Shown here piece by piece: positions 7,486-17,647 of a stretch of DNA of 19,259 bases. Within the stretch, counting starts at the first letter, position 1. Every line of letters starts with the position of its first letter. Below the pieces are notes generated by a model. That model had not been told where the DNA came from. It worked only from the letters and a program-made list of their open reading frames with translations, and ran no database searches. This stretch comes from Nitrospinota bacterium (GTDB taxonomy: Bacteria; UBA8248): NCBI GenBank assembly GCA_046581755.1, contig JAYGFR010000260.1, positions 1 through 19,259 on the forward strand, written 5' to 3'. The translations under genes were made by a program, and so were the position numbers.

Positions 7486-8464
7486 GGTACGCCCTCAGCC
7501 TTTCGAGGAAAAACCGGATTAAACGCTTTTCGTCCACCTCAAGAGCAACTTCCACGCCGTCCGCCCGGCTGTGGGATACCCCGGCCCCGGCCCGAAGATC
7601 CACCACCGTCATCCCCCGGGCCGGGCCGCTCCCGCACTCGACCTCCACACGCCGACGCACGCACTGGACCAGATCGGGCTCCATCGCCGTCGCGACCGCC
7701 AAAGGATCGTGAAGGGTCACCCCGTCCACCCCGCGGCGGGATTTCGAATATTGGACATAGGGACGGACCAGGGCGCGGAGCGCACGGCGAAACGGCCCTC
7801 CGCCAGCCAGTGCGCGGGAGGGAAGAACCGCCTTCCGGGTGACATCCAGCCCGATCATCGTCACCGGCGCTCCGCAGTTCATCACGATATGGGCGGCCTC
7901 GGGATCGCAATGGGCATTGAACTCCGCCGTCTCCGTCGCGTTGCCCGGCATCCGGGCCGTCCCGCCCATGACGACGATACGCCCGACTCCGGCCATCGCC
8001 CTTCGATCGCGCCTGACCGCCAGGGCCAGGTTGGTCAGGGGGCCGACCGCGATAATGCAAAGGGCCGGGCCCAGCCGGCGGGCGAGAGCGGCGATGACCC
8101 CATCGGCGCGATCCTCTTTCCGGGGAGCGAGGGAGGGGCGCTTCGCATCCCGGAACAAATCGCCCAGGCCATCGGCTCCGTGGATGGCGTAGGATATGCG
8201 CCGGTCGATTCGCCCGCCCTCGAGAGGCTTTCCCGCGCCGGGGTATATGGGGGGGCATTCCCGGGCCGGATGCAAATGGGCCGCCAAAAACGAGGCCACC
8301 CGCCGGGCGTTGCGGAAGGCCCGGCCGGCCGGAACGTTGCCGTGCACCGTCGTAATGGCACGCAGGTCGAGTTCGGGCGAGGCCATGGCCAGGGCGAGCG
8401 CAAGAGCGTCGTCCACGCCCGGATCGCAATCAATAAGAGTTGGAAATCTTTTTTTCCTTGCCAA
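7472..8464 (-). CDS. Inosine/uridine-preferring nucleoside hydrolase family protein
   Basis: DCDPGVDD Ca-binding motif, plus HGADGLGD, GPLTNLA, MGG, AEFNAHCDPEAA and LHDPLAVA. TTG start with GAGGGAGG SD. Overlaps the rbsK start. Confidence 0.93.
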   Translation of the reverse strand: MARKKRFPTLIDCDPGVDDALALALAMASPELDLRAITTVHGNVPAGRAFRNARRVASFLAAHLHPARECPPIYPGAGKPLEGGRIDRRISYAIHGADGLGDLFRDAKRPSLAPRKEDRADGVIAALARRLGPALCIIAVGPLTNLALAVRRDRRAMAGVGRIVVMGGTARMPGNATETAEFNAHCDPEAAHIVMNCGAPVTMIGLDVTRKAVLPSRALAGGGPFRRALRALVRPYVQYSKSRRGVDGVTLHDPLAVATAMEPDLVQCVRRRVEVECGSGPARGMTVVDLRAGAGVSHSRADGVEVALEVDEKRLIRFFLERLRAYHGWS

Positions 8465-8519
8465 CGAGAACCTCCCTCACGCCCGGCGTCCGGATATGAT
8501 TTTCAGCCAGCGTCCGGAA

Positions 8520-8890
8520 TCGGGCAAAAATATGCAAATGAAGACAAATATATTCCGTTTTACTTACCAAAAATTCAAAATACAATCCTGTGGGCATCCT
8601 TGTTATGCAAAATATTAAATAATAAATGAAGTTAATTCAAATACTTGCAATGCATGCCTCACTTGTTTTATTATTATCATTATTGTTCGGGCCGCCAATT
8701 ATTGTTGTATCTAATTGAGATATAACCAGTTACTGGAGAATACACCTCCTGTACATTGACAACTCTCGGTTTTTATTGTACTTATAGCGCTTTGTCGCCC
8801 ATTCTTCCTTGGGTGCTCCTGATAAGCTAAAAGGGCATTTCACCCGGGGCGGAATACATTCCCCCATTGCAAAACCTTGAGCGGTAAATC
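8520..8890. promoter_or_regulatory. AT-rich divergent promoter/operator region
   Basis: Markedly AT-rich gap between divergent operons. TTGCAA-18-TATTAT (8645-8674), TTGACA-17-TACTTA (8756-8784), palindrome TTGTATCT-N5-AGATATAA (8705-8725) and CCAGT-T-ACTGG (8726-8736). Confidence 0.6.
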
Positions 8891-8894
8891 CCAT

Positions 8895-10997
8895 ATGGCA
8901 AATCAACCACGTTCAGCATCATCGGCCCGGCGCAGGCTTGTCACCGCAATTGATATCGGGGGAACCTTTACCGATATCGTCATCTACGACCAGAGCAGTG
9001 GCAAATCCCTCGTCGGAAAGCATCTCACGACACCCCACGATCCCTCCGTCGGGGCGCTGGCCGGCCTTCGCTCTCTCCTTGAGGAATTCAATCTTCGATT
9101 CAAGGAACTCAGCCAGGCGATTCACGCCACGACGCTGGCGGCCAACGCCATTATCGAGCGCAAAGGGGCCACCACCGGCCTTGTGACCACAAAAGGGTTT
9201 CGGGACATTCTCCTCATCGGCCGCGAGTCGCGGTACGACATCTACGACCTGGTGCCCGAATTTCCCGAACCGCTCGTTCCGGGGCCGATGCGCTGTGAAC
9301 TCACGGAGCGAATCTCCGGAACCGGAGAAGTCCTCCAGCCCATGAGTTCCCAGGAGATCAAGGTGACCATCCAGGAGCTCGTGGACAAGGGAGCCAACTC
9401 CATCGCCGTTTGCCTGCTCCATTCCTACATCAATTCCGAACACGAAAATTCCGTCGCCAAGACCATCACCGATTCGTTCCCGGACATTGACTTCAGCCTC
9501 TCCTCCAAGGTGTGCCCCGAAATCCGGGAATACGAACGGACCTCCACCACCGTGGCCAACGCCTACATTCAACCGATCATATCCAGGTATCTGGATGACC
9601 TCGAATCCAATCTCGACGATGTGCCCCTGTACATCATGCTCTCGAACGGCGGCATCGCGACGGCCCGCTCGGCCGCCGAATCCCCCATCCGCATGGTGGA
9701 ATCGGGCCCGGCGGGCGGGGCCCTGGCCGCGGCTTATTTCGGCGCCCTGAGCGGCTACGAAAACGTCATCGCCTTCGATATGGGCGGCACCACCGCGAAA
9801 TCGTGCATCATCGAAAACTCGCGGCCCCATTTCACCTTCAATTTCGAAATTGCCCGTGTCAAGCGTTTCAAGAAAAACAGCGGCCTGCCCATCCAGATTC
9901 CCTGCATCGAATTGATTGAAGCGGGCGCCGGCGGCGGGAGCATCGCCTATATCGACGAATTGGGGCTCCTCAAGGTGGGCCCCGAAAGCCAGGGCGCCTC
10001 GCCCGGCCCCGCTTGCTACGGGCTCGGCGGAAACAGGCCCACCGTCACCGACGCCGACCTTATTCTGGGCTACATCAACTCGGAGTATTTCCTCGGCGGT
10101 GCGATGGAAATTTTCACTGAGGCCGCCATTCAGGCCATCAAGAAGAACATCGCCGAGCCTCTGAAAATTCAGGAAGTTCAGGCCGCCTGGGGTATCCACG
10201 AACTCGTCAACGAAACCATGGCCTCCGCCACGCGGATCCAACTCTCCGAGCGCGGATTGGACCCGCGCAATTTCACCCTCATCGCCACCGGCGGGGCCGG
10301 ACCGGTCCACGCCTTCCATCTGGCCCGGAAGGTGGGCCTCCACCGCATCATCTGCCCGCCGGCCGCGGGTCTGGCCTCGAGCCTGGGGCTGCTGGCCGTT
10401 CCCTTCAAAGTCGATACGGTGGACAGCTACGTTTCCTCGCTCGAGGATGTGGACCTCACGAAACTCAACACGTTGCTGCTTGAGCGGGAAAAAGAGTGCC
10501 ACGCCCTCCTCAAGACGGCGGGCGTGAAGGAAAGAGACATCCGGATCGAGCGAATGGCAGACATCAGCTTCGAGGGCCAGGGATATCCCCTGACGGTTCC
10601 CATCCCCTCGGGAACGCTTAAACCCAACCATATGGAAATCATCGAACAATCCTTCCGCGACCGCTATATCGAAGCGCACGGGCGGGCCATCAAAAATGTG
10701 CCCCTCCGGGTGTTCAACTGGAGGATATTCGGAATCGGACCCTCGCCCGCGGTGAAATTCAAGTTCGCCAACTTCCCCACAAAAGGGGGAACCAATCCGG
10801 TCAAGGGAACGACAAAAATTTATCTGCCCGAAACCAAGGGATTCCGGAAGGTGAACGTCTACAACCGTTATCTTCTCCGGCCCTCGCAGAAATTCAAGGG
10901 CCCGGCGCTTGTCGAAGAACGCGAGACGACAACCGTCATCGGGGCCCGCTCGACCTTTTCGGTCGATAAAAACCTGAATCTCATCATCGAGTTGTAG
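8895..10997 (+). CDS. Hydantoinase/oxoprolinase family subunit A (ATP-dependent; HyuA/acetophenone-carboxylase-like)
   Basis: Motifs IDIGGTFTD, HATTLAANAIIERKG, REYERTSTTVANAY, ESGPAGG, DMGGTTAK, GAGGGSIA, GASPGPACYG, PTVTDAD. ATG 8895 preferred over TTG 8877. Confidence 0.93.
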   Translation: MANQPRSASSARRRLVTAIDIGGTFTDIVIYDQSSGKSLVGKHLTTPHDPSVGALAGLRSLLEEFNLRFKELSQAIHATTLAANAIIERKGATTGLVTTKGFRDILLIGRESRYDIYDLVPEFPEPLVPGPMRCELTERISGTGEVLQPMSSQEIKVTIQELVDKGANSIAVCLLHSYINSEHENSVAKTITDSFPDIDFSLSSKVCPEIREYERTSTTVANAYIQPIISRYLDDLESNLDDVPLYIMLSNGGIATARSAAESPIRMVESGPAGGALAAAYFGALSGYENVIAFDMGGTTAKSCIIENSRPHFTFNFEIARVKRFKKNSGLPIQIPCIELIEAGAGGGSIAYIDELGLLKVGPESQGASPGPACYGLGGNRPTVTDADLILGYINSEYFLGGAMEIFTEAAIQAIKKNIAEPLKIQEVQAAWGIHELVNETMASATRIQLSERGLDPRNFTLIATGGAGPVHAFHLARKVGLHRIICPPAAGLASSLGLLAVPFKVDTVDSYVSSLEDVDLTKLNTLLLEREKECHALLKTAGVKERDIRIERMADISFEGQGYPLTVPIPSGTLKPNHMEIIEQSFRDRYIEAHGRAIKNVPLRVFNWRIFGIGPSPAVKFKFANFPTKGGTNPVKGTTKIYLPETKGFRKVNVYNRYLLRPSQKFKGPALVEERETTTVIGARSTFSVDKNLNLIIEL

Positions 10998-11011
10998 GAG
11001 GTATTGAACAG

Positions 11012-12676
11012 ATGGTCCGAAGGGGAATCGACCCGATTACCTTGGAAGTTCTTTGGAGCCGGCTGATCGCCATCGCCGAGGAGGCGGACCGGGAGATCAC
11101 CCGCACGGCTTTTTCGACCACGGTGCGGGAATCGCACATGTTCGCCGTGGTCATTTTGGACACGAAGGGATACGCCATCTCCCAGGCCAGCTCCGCCATG
11201 CCCAGCTACGTGGGCTCCATGCCGCTGACCATTCGCAAGCTTTTGAAAATGTTTCCCTCCGAATCGTTCCGGCCCGACGACCTGCTCCTCACGAACGACC
11301 CCTGGCTCGGAACCGGACACCTCCAGGACATCACCTCGCTTTCCCCGGTTTTTCATAAGAAAAACCTCGTCGGTTTCATCGGAATCACATCGCACGTCGC
11401 CGACATGGGCGGTAAGCTCCGCTCGCCCGAGGTGAGGGACATCTACGAGGAAGGCCTTCAGCTTCCGCCTTGCAAGTACATGGCCGAGGGTCAGGTGAAC
11501 CCCGACATTTTGCGGATCATCCGCTCCAACGTCCGGGTCCCCGAGCAGGTCGAAGGCGACCTCATCTCCCACACGGCCGGCGTCAAGCTGGCCTCCCAGC
11601 GCATTCAGGCCATGCTCGAGGAATACAAGCTCCCCGATCTCGACCCGGTGGCCACGACGATCTTCCAGCGTTCCGAAAACGCCATGCGCGAGGCCATCAA
11701 AAAAGTCCCGGACGGGGAATACCGTTTCCACGTGAGCACGGACGGGTACGATGAGCCGCTGATTATCCGCGTCGAGGTGCGGGTGCGGGGCAGCAGCATC
11801 GTGGTGGACTTCACGGGAACCTCGCCCCAGGTGGACCGGGGGCTCAACGCCGTCCTGAACTACGTATTTGCCTACTCGGCATACTCGCTCAAGGCCCTGT
11901 TCTGCCCGACGGTGCCCAACAACGAGGGCAACTTCCGCCCCGTCACCGTCACCGCGCCCGAGGGAAGCATCCTCAACCCGCGTTATCCCGCGCCGGTGAA
12001 CGGGCGCTCGATGGTGGGCCAGTTCATCCCCTCGGCCATTTTCGGGGCCCTGTGCAAGGCCGTTCCCGACCTGGTCCAGGCCGCCAGCGGCAGCCCCACC
12101 TGGGCCATCAACGCCGCGGGCGTGGATAAGCAGTCGCGCCGCTTCGCCGGTAATTTTTTTCTGAACGGCGGCCAGGGCGCCTCCAAAAACCACGACGGCA
12201 TCAGCTGCTTGAGCTTCCCGTCGAACACCTCGAACACGCCCATCGAAATCCTCGAGCACATCGTTCCTCTCCTGGTGGAGCGAAAAGCCATCATCCGCGA
12301 CAGCGGCGGGACGGGCGAATTCGTGGGCGGAAACGGCCAGCAGGTCATCATCAAATCCCTTTCGGACGTCCAGATTCTCCTCAGCTTCCTGAGCGAGCGC
12401 ACGCGCCATCCCGCCTACGGCCTCTTCGGCGGAAAAAACGGCCGCATCGGCAAGGTGACGCTGAACGGGCGGCCCATCAACCCGAAGCGCCAGTGGGTCA
12501 TGAACCCCGGGGACCGGCTCGTGCTCGAAGTGCCAAGCGGCGGCGGCTACGGCGACCCGAAGGACCGCAAGCGCGAAAGCATCGAACTCGACTTGCGCGA
12601 AGGCCAGCTCTCCATCCAAAAAGCGCGCGCCGAATATACCTTCGACGGGGAATATTCCGGCATCTCATCGTCCTGA
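11012..12676 (+). CDS. Hydantoinase B/oxoprolinase family subunit
   Basis: Motifs DPITLEVLWSRL, RTAFSTTVRE, TNDPWLGTGHLQD, HVADMGG, IYEEGLQLPP, DFTGTSPQ, NTPIEILE, DSGGTGEFVGG, GGGYGDP. AGGAGGT SD. Confidence 0.93.
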   Translation: MVRRGIDPITLEVLWSRLIAIAEEADREITRTAFSTTVRESHMFAVVILDTKGYAISQASSAMPSYVGSMPLTIRKLLKMFPSESFRPDDLLLTNDPWLGTGHLQDITSLSPVFHKKNLVGFIGITSHVADMGGKLRSPEVRDIYEEGLQLPPCKYMAEGQVNPDILRIIRSNVRVPEQVEGDLISHTAGVKLASQRIQAMLEEYKLPDLDPVATTIFQRSENAMREAIKKVPDGEYRFHVSTDGYDEPLIIRVEVRVRGSSIVVDFTGTSPQVDRGLNAVLNYVFAYSAYSLKALFCPTVPNNEGNFRPVTVTAPEGSILNPRYPAPVNGRSMVGQFIPSAIFGALCKAVPDLVQAASGSPTWAINAAGVDKQSRRFAGNFFLNGGQGASKNHDGISCLSFPSNTSNTPIEILEHIVPLLVERKAIIRDSGGTGEFVGGNGQQVIIKSLSDVQILLSFLSERTRHPAYGLFGGKNGRIGKVTLNGRPINPKRQWVMNPGDRLVLEVPSGGGYGDPKDRKRESIELDLREGQLSIQKARAEYTFDGEYSGISSS

Positions 12677-12680
12677 TTTT

Positions 12681-13694
12681 ATGACCGCCGCCGCCCCCAG
12701 GTGGGTCGCCGTCACCGCGACGGAGGATTTTCCCGTCGCCCTGCCCTCCGTCCGGAAGGCGCTGCGAGGCGTCGCTCCCGTCCGGGTGGTCCCCCTGCCC
12801 TTCAGGCCGCTGGGCAAGACCCTCGAAAAAAAGTTCGCCAAGGCGCTCCGGGGCGCGGAGGGGATTCTCCTCCGGCCGGGCTACATCACGCCCTCTCTTC
12901 TGGATCGGTTGCCCGATTTGCGCGTCATCGGGGTTCACGGCGCCGGGGTCGATCAGGTGGACGTCGAGGCATGCACCGAGCGAGGGGTTCTGGTCACGAA
13001 CACGCCGGGCGCCAACGCGGATTCGGTCGCGGAGCTAACCATCGGCTTGATGCTCAGCCTCTTCCGCCGCATTCCCCAGAGCGCCGCGCGCGTCCGCGCC
13101 GAGCGGGTTTGGGGAGAGGCGCGCCACACGGGAAGGGAACTCAAGGGGAAAACGGTGGGCCTCGCCGGCATCGGCCAGATAGGCGAACGGGTCACGAACA
13201 TCGCCAAGGCCTTCGGGATGAAAGTCATCGCCCACGATCCGGGGCTCAGCGGAAAGGAAATCCGCGCGCGCGGGGCCAGGCCGGTGAAGCTCGACGCCTT
13301 ACTCGCGGGCGCCGATATCCTCTCACTCCATGCACCCCATATTCCGGCGACGCATCATCTCATCGGCCCCAAGGCGATCGCCAAGATGAAAAAGGGGGCC
13401 TTCCTGGTCAATACCGCCCGCGGGCCCCTCATCGACGAGAGGGCGCTCGCCCGCGCGCTTCGCTCCGGCCGCCTGGGAGGCGCCGCGCTGGATGTGCTCG
13501 AAGGAGAGCCCCCGGACCCCGAGAGCCCGATTTTCGGGGCGCCCAACGTGATCCTCACCCCCCACATGGCGGGCTCCACCCTCGAATGCCTCGAAGCCAT
13601 CGCCCGGACGGCCGGCGAGGACATCGCCCGTGTCATCCAGGGAAAACGAGCCAAATATCCCGTCAACAAGCCCGCGCGAAAACGCGGGGGCTGA
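12681..13694 (+). CDS. D-isomer-specific 2-hydroxyacid dehydrogenase (SerA/GhrB-like, NAD-dependent)
   Basis: Motifs GAGVDQVD, VTNTPGANADSVAE, GLAGIGQIG (Rossmann), VNTARGPLIDE, AALDVLEGEP, LTPHMAGST. Confidence 0.92.
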   Translation: MTAAAPRWVAVTATEDFPVALPSVRKALRGVAPVRVVPLPFRPLGKTLEKKFAKALRGAEGILLRPGYITPSLLDRLPDLRVIGVHGAGVDQVDVEACTERGVLVTNTPGANADSVAELTIGLMLSLFRRIPQSAARVRAERVWGEARHTGRELKGKTVGLAGIGQIGERVTNIAKAFGMKVIAHDPGLSGKEIRARGARPVKLDALLAGADILSLHAPHIPATHHLIGPKAIAKMKKGAFLVNTARGPLIDERALARALRSGRLGGAALDVLEGEPPDPESPIFGAPNVILTPHMAGSTLECLEAIARTAGEDIARVIQGKRAKYPVNKPARKRGG

Positions 13695-13697
13695 TCC

Positions 13698-14093
13698 TCA
13701 CTCCCGGTACTCGATGCGGGGCCACAGGTCCCACGCGCGCGCCACGAGCCGCGCCTCGCCCTGATCGAACAGACTCACCCGCACCCCCCGGCTCTGGTTG
13801 AACAGATCCTTGTAGAGGATGGGCACGTCCAAATCGCCCACGGCGTCGTCGAGGGCCCGGAATTTTTCGAGTCCCTTCCGCAGGTTGGCCATCCCCCCCT
13901 TATGCTGGCGCCGCTGGATCTTCACGAACCCGGCCGCGATCTGAATCAGCCCCTGGTAGAATAATTTAGGGTTCGGCTCGGACACGGCCCAGACATTCTC
14001 CCACGCCTCGTGGGCACTCCAGTACTCCCTCTGGTTGAACAAAAACACCCCTGCGTCGCTGTCGGCGCACCAGGGAATGGGGTAGCCAGCCAT
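13698..14093 (-). CDS. DUF309 domain protein
   Basis: GVFLFNQREYWSAHEAWENVW...FYQGLIQIAAG signature. GGAGAGAGG SD. Confidence 0.88.
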   Translation of the reverse strand: MAGYPIPWCADSDAGVFLFNQREYWSAHEAWENVWAVSEPNPKLFYQGLIQIAAGFVKIQRRQHKGGMANLRKGLEKFRALDDAVGDLDVPILYKDLFNQSRGVRVSLFDQGEARLVARAWDLWPRIEYRE

Positions 14094-14251
14094 CGATACC
14101 TCTCTCCGCAGGAATGCGAATCGATCGAGCGGGATTCATGAACCCCGCATACCGCCGGATCCTACCTCATTGACCCATTCCGATCCCAGCGGATAGACTC
14201 AACCAACGGCATGATAATATAGAACGTATAATCCTTACCGGAGGTTCTCCC

Positions 14252-17200
14252 GTGCAGTGTCCTCTGTGCCGGCATGAAAACCCCGCGCACGCGAAATTCT
14301 GCCTCGAATGCGGCACGAGCCTCGCGCTGATTTGCGCCAGTTGCGGAACGGACCTTCCTCCGGGCTCGAAATTTTGCCTCGAATGCGGCCACCGGCTGGC
14401 CGTGCCGGGAGTTCCCTCCGCCCCCGAACCGTCTCCATATGCCTCCCCAGAGACCTACACCCCCAAATACCTGGCCGAGCGCATCCTCACCTCCAAAACA
14501 TCTCTCGAAGGCGAGCGCAAACAGGTGCCCCTCCTCTTCGCCGACCTCAAGGGTTCGATGGAGATGCTGGGCGACCGGGACCCGGAGGAGGCCCGGGCGC
14601 TTTTAGATAATGTCCTCACCCGCATGATGGAGGCCGTCCATCGCTACGAGGGCACGGTCAATCAGGTGATGGGGGACGAGATCATGGCCCTTTGCGGCGC
14701 GCCGTTGGCCTTAGAGGACCACGCGCTCAGGGCGTGCTACGCGGCGCTCGCCATCCAGAGCGCCATGAAAACTTACGCCGAGGAAGCCCGGCGGGAGCAC
14801 GGGGTCACGGTTCAGACGCGAGCGGGCATGAACTCGGGCGAGGTCGTGGTGCGCACCATCGGCTCCGACCTCCGGATGGACTACACCGCCGTGGGCCAGA
14901 CGGTGAACCTCGCCGCCCGGATGGAGCAGATCGCGCCCCCGGGCAGCATCTACCTCACGGCGGACACGCTGAGGTTTGCCGAAGGGTTTGTACAGGTCGA
15001 TCCCCTCGGCCCGGTGCCCATCAAGGGGATGAGCGAGACGGTCGAGGTGTTCGAGCTAAAGGGCGCGGCCTCGGGCAGGACGCGCTTTCAGGCCACAGCG
15101 GCGGGCGGGCTAACCAAGTTTGTGGGCCGCCGGAATGAGCTCGATGACCTTCAAAGCGCTCTCGATAAGGCGGGCGAGGGTCGCGGCCAGATATTCGCGA
15201 CGGTCGCCGAGGCGGGTGTGGGCAAGTCGCGCCTCTACTGGGAGTTCATCCACTCCCCCCGGACGAAGGACTGGCTCATCGTCGAGAGCGGCTCGCTCTC
15301 CTACAGCAAGGCTTCGGCCTACAAGCCCGTCATCGACCTGCTCAAGGCCTATTTCGCGATTGAGGACACGGACGACCATCGCCGCATCCGCGAAAAAGTC
15401 ACGGGTAAAATCCTGACGCTCGACGAATCGCTCACGCCGGCGATACCACCCGTTCTCTCACTTCTCGAAGTCCCGATTGAGGATGAGGGCTGGAACAACC
15501 TCGACCCGGCCCAGCGGCGACAGCGGATGCTCGAAGGGGTAAAGGGCCTGATGCTCAGGGAAGCCAAGGTCCAGCCTCTTTGTCTCGTGTTCGAGGACCT
15601 TCACTGGATCGACACCGAAACGCAGGCGCTTCTGGACTCGATGGTGGAGAGCCTTCCGGGAGTGCGGGTGCTCCTTTTGGTCAACTACCGGCCCGAGTAC
15701 GAGCACGGCTGGGCGAACAAGAGCTATTACACACGTCTCCGCCTCGACCCGCTCTCCTCCGAGGGCTCGGATGAGCTTCTGGCCGCCATTCTCGGCGGGG
15801 ATTCCGATTTATACCCGCTCAAGACGCTCTTAATTGAGCGCACGCAGGGCAACCCGTTTTATCTCGAAGAATCCGTCCAGACGCTCGTCGAGAGCGGGGC
15901 GCTCGCGGGTGGTCCGGGAGCCTACAAACTGACCGAGGAGGTCTCCAAGATCGAAGTTCCCTCGACGGTTCAGGCCATCCTCGCCGCCTGGATCGACCGC
16001 CTACCGCTCGAGGATAAGCGGCTTCTTCAGGCCGCCTCGGTCATCGGGACGCATGTGCCATATCCCCTCCTTTCGGCCATCGCCGGGATGTCCGAGGAGG
16101 AATTGCACCGGGGTCTTTCGTCCCTTCAGGCATCGGAATTCATTTATGAGACGAATCTCTTCCCGGAGCGGGAGTTCACCTTCAAGCACGCCCTGACGCA
16201 TGAGGTGACATACGGAGGTCTCGTCCAGGAGAGGAAGCGCGGACTTCACGGCGCAATCGTTGAGGCCATTGAGAGAATGGAAGGCGACCAGCCCGATGAG
16301 CAGGTGGAACGTCTCGCCCAACACGCATACGAGGGGCAGGTGTGGGACAAGGCGCTCATTTACTTGCAGCGGGCAGGCTCCAAAGCTAGGAAACAATCGG
16401 CACATCAGGATGCAACCAGGAACCTGGAACATGCGTTAAATGCTCTCAAGAATCTCCCCGAGAGCCGTGAAGCGGTTGAACAATCGATCGATATTCGTTT
16501 GGCGCTCCGTGCATCGCTCCATGGGCTCGGAGAGTTCGAGCGTACGATTGATCATCTTCGAGATGCCGAAACCCTCGCCAAGGATTTGGACGATCCTCAT
16601 CGGCTTGGGCAAGTTTACAGCTATATGACGAATTATTTTAGCCGGACCGGAAAACCCGACCACGCCATTGATATGGCCCGACGCGCGTTGGCTCTCAATC
16701 AACCTCTCGGTGATCTCTCGATCGAAATTCCGGCCAGTTATTATTTGGCTGGCGCCCTTCTCAGTAAGGGGGAATATGCCCGGGCGAAGGAGGGATTTAT
16801 TCGGAACATCGCTCTCGTGACAGGGGAGTTGGTCTATGAACGTTTTCGGTTATCGGGTCTTCAATCCGTGATCGCCCGCACTTGGCTGGTTTGGTGCCTG
16901 GCCGAGCGAGGGGAATTCGATGAGGGTATGGGGTATGCGAAAGATGCGATACGGATTGCCGAGGAGTCTGATGAGCCGTTCAGCCTGGCGGCTTCAATCT
17001 TCGGGGCGGGTTTTCTTCTCCTCCGCAGGGGGCAAATCACCGAGTCCTTATCTGTCTTGGAACGAAGCCTTGAGGTCTGCCGTACGGCGAGCATCGGCAT
17101 ATGACTGCCCTGGGTAGCATCGAATACCGGGTTTGCCCATGTTCTTTCCGGACGTGTATCGGAGGGTTTACCGTTCATGCAGCAGGCAATAGAGAAGTCT

Positions 17201-17629
17201 GAATCAATGGGTCTTATGTGTCATTTCTCGCTGCGGGTGGCGAATTTAAGCAGGACCCACCTTTTGGCTGGAAAGGTGGGAGAAGCAATCCCGCTCGCCC
17301 ACCGTGCTTTGGACCTTTCCCGCGAGCACAAGGAACGTGGGCACGAAGCCTGGGCCCTCCGCCTTCTCGGCGAAATCCACTCCCACCCCGAAGCCCTTGA
17401 CCCCAAAAAGGCCGAGGACCACTACCGCCAAGCTCTCGCGTTGGCCGAGGAGCTCGGTATGCGGCCGTTAACAGCCCACTGCCGGAAGGGCCTTGGCGCG
17501 CTCTACGGGCGGACCGGGCGGGAAGAGAAGGCCCGCGCTGAACTTACGACGGCAATAGATATGTACCGCGAGATGGAGATGACCTGCTGGCTGGAGAAAG
17601 CCGAGACGGCGCTGGCCGGGGCGGGGTAG
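14252..17629 (+). pseudogene. Double zinc ribbon-class III adenylate/guanylate cyclase-AAA ATPase-TPR protein, interrupted by in-frame TGA at 17102-17104
   Basis: CPLC/CLEC/CASC/CLEC ribbons; cyclase motifs FADLKGS, MGD, TVNLAARMEQ; P-loop AEAGVGKS; Walker B FEDLHW; FKHALTHEVTY; TPR-like helices. The frame stays open from 17105 (LPWVASNTGFAHVLSGRVSEGLPF) into track ORF 17177..17629. TATAAT and GGAGG lie upstream of the GTG start. Confidence 0.8.
14292..14389 (+). repeat. Two 23-bp near-identical direct repeats encoding the duplicated zinc-ribbon motif KFCLECG
   Basis: CGAAATTCTGCCTCGAATGCGGC (14292-14314) and CGAAATTTTGCCTCGAATGCGGC (14367-14389), one mismatch, 75-bp period. Confidence 0.85.
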
Positions 17630-17647
17630 GTTCAAAGAAGAGAATTC

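Noticed and set aside
6317..8629. Plus-strand ORFs 6317..7252, 7261..7842 and 7571..8629, and minus-strand alternative frame 7539..8429
   Set aside because: They overlap well-supported rbsK and nucleoside hydrolase genes and have the Arg/Pro/Gly-rich composition typical of GC-rich off-frames.
8919..12619. Long antisense ORFs 8919..10679 (586 aa) and 10868..12619 (583 aa)
   Set aside because: They are shadow frames of the hydantoinase A/B genes caused by high GC3 bias and contain no recognisable motifs.
12701..13801. Plus-strand 366-aa ORF overlapping the dehydrogenase
   Set aside because: It is an alternative frame rich in Arg/Gly/Pro, whereas 12681..13694 carries all the family motifs.
14292..14389. 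23-bp direct repeats as a mini-CRISPR or DGR template/variable repeat
   Set aside because: There are only two copies, in frame, encoding the duplicated KFCLECG zinc ribbon. No cas or reverse transcriptase genes are present.
17102..17120. Selenocysteine at the TGA in the cyclase-TPR gene (hairpin CTGCC-CTG-GGTAG follows it)
   Set aside because: The codon is not in a redox motif and fits a TPR-helix Trp (TGG>TGA). The hairpin starts directly at the UGA, closer than usual bacterial SECIS spacing, and the gene shows other signs of decay.
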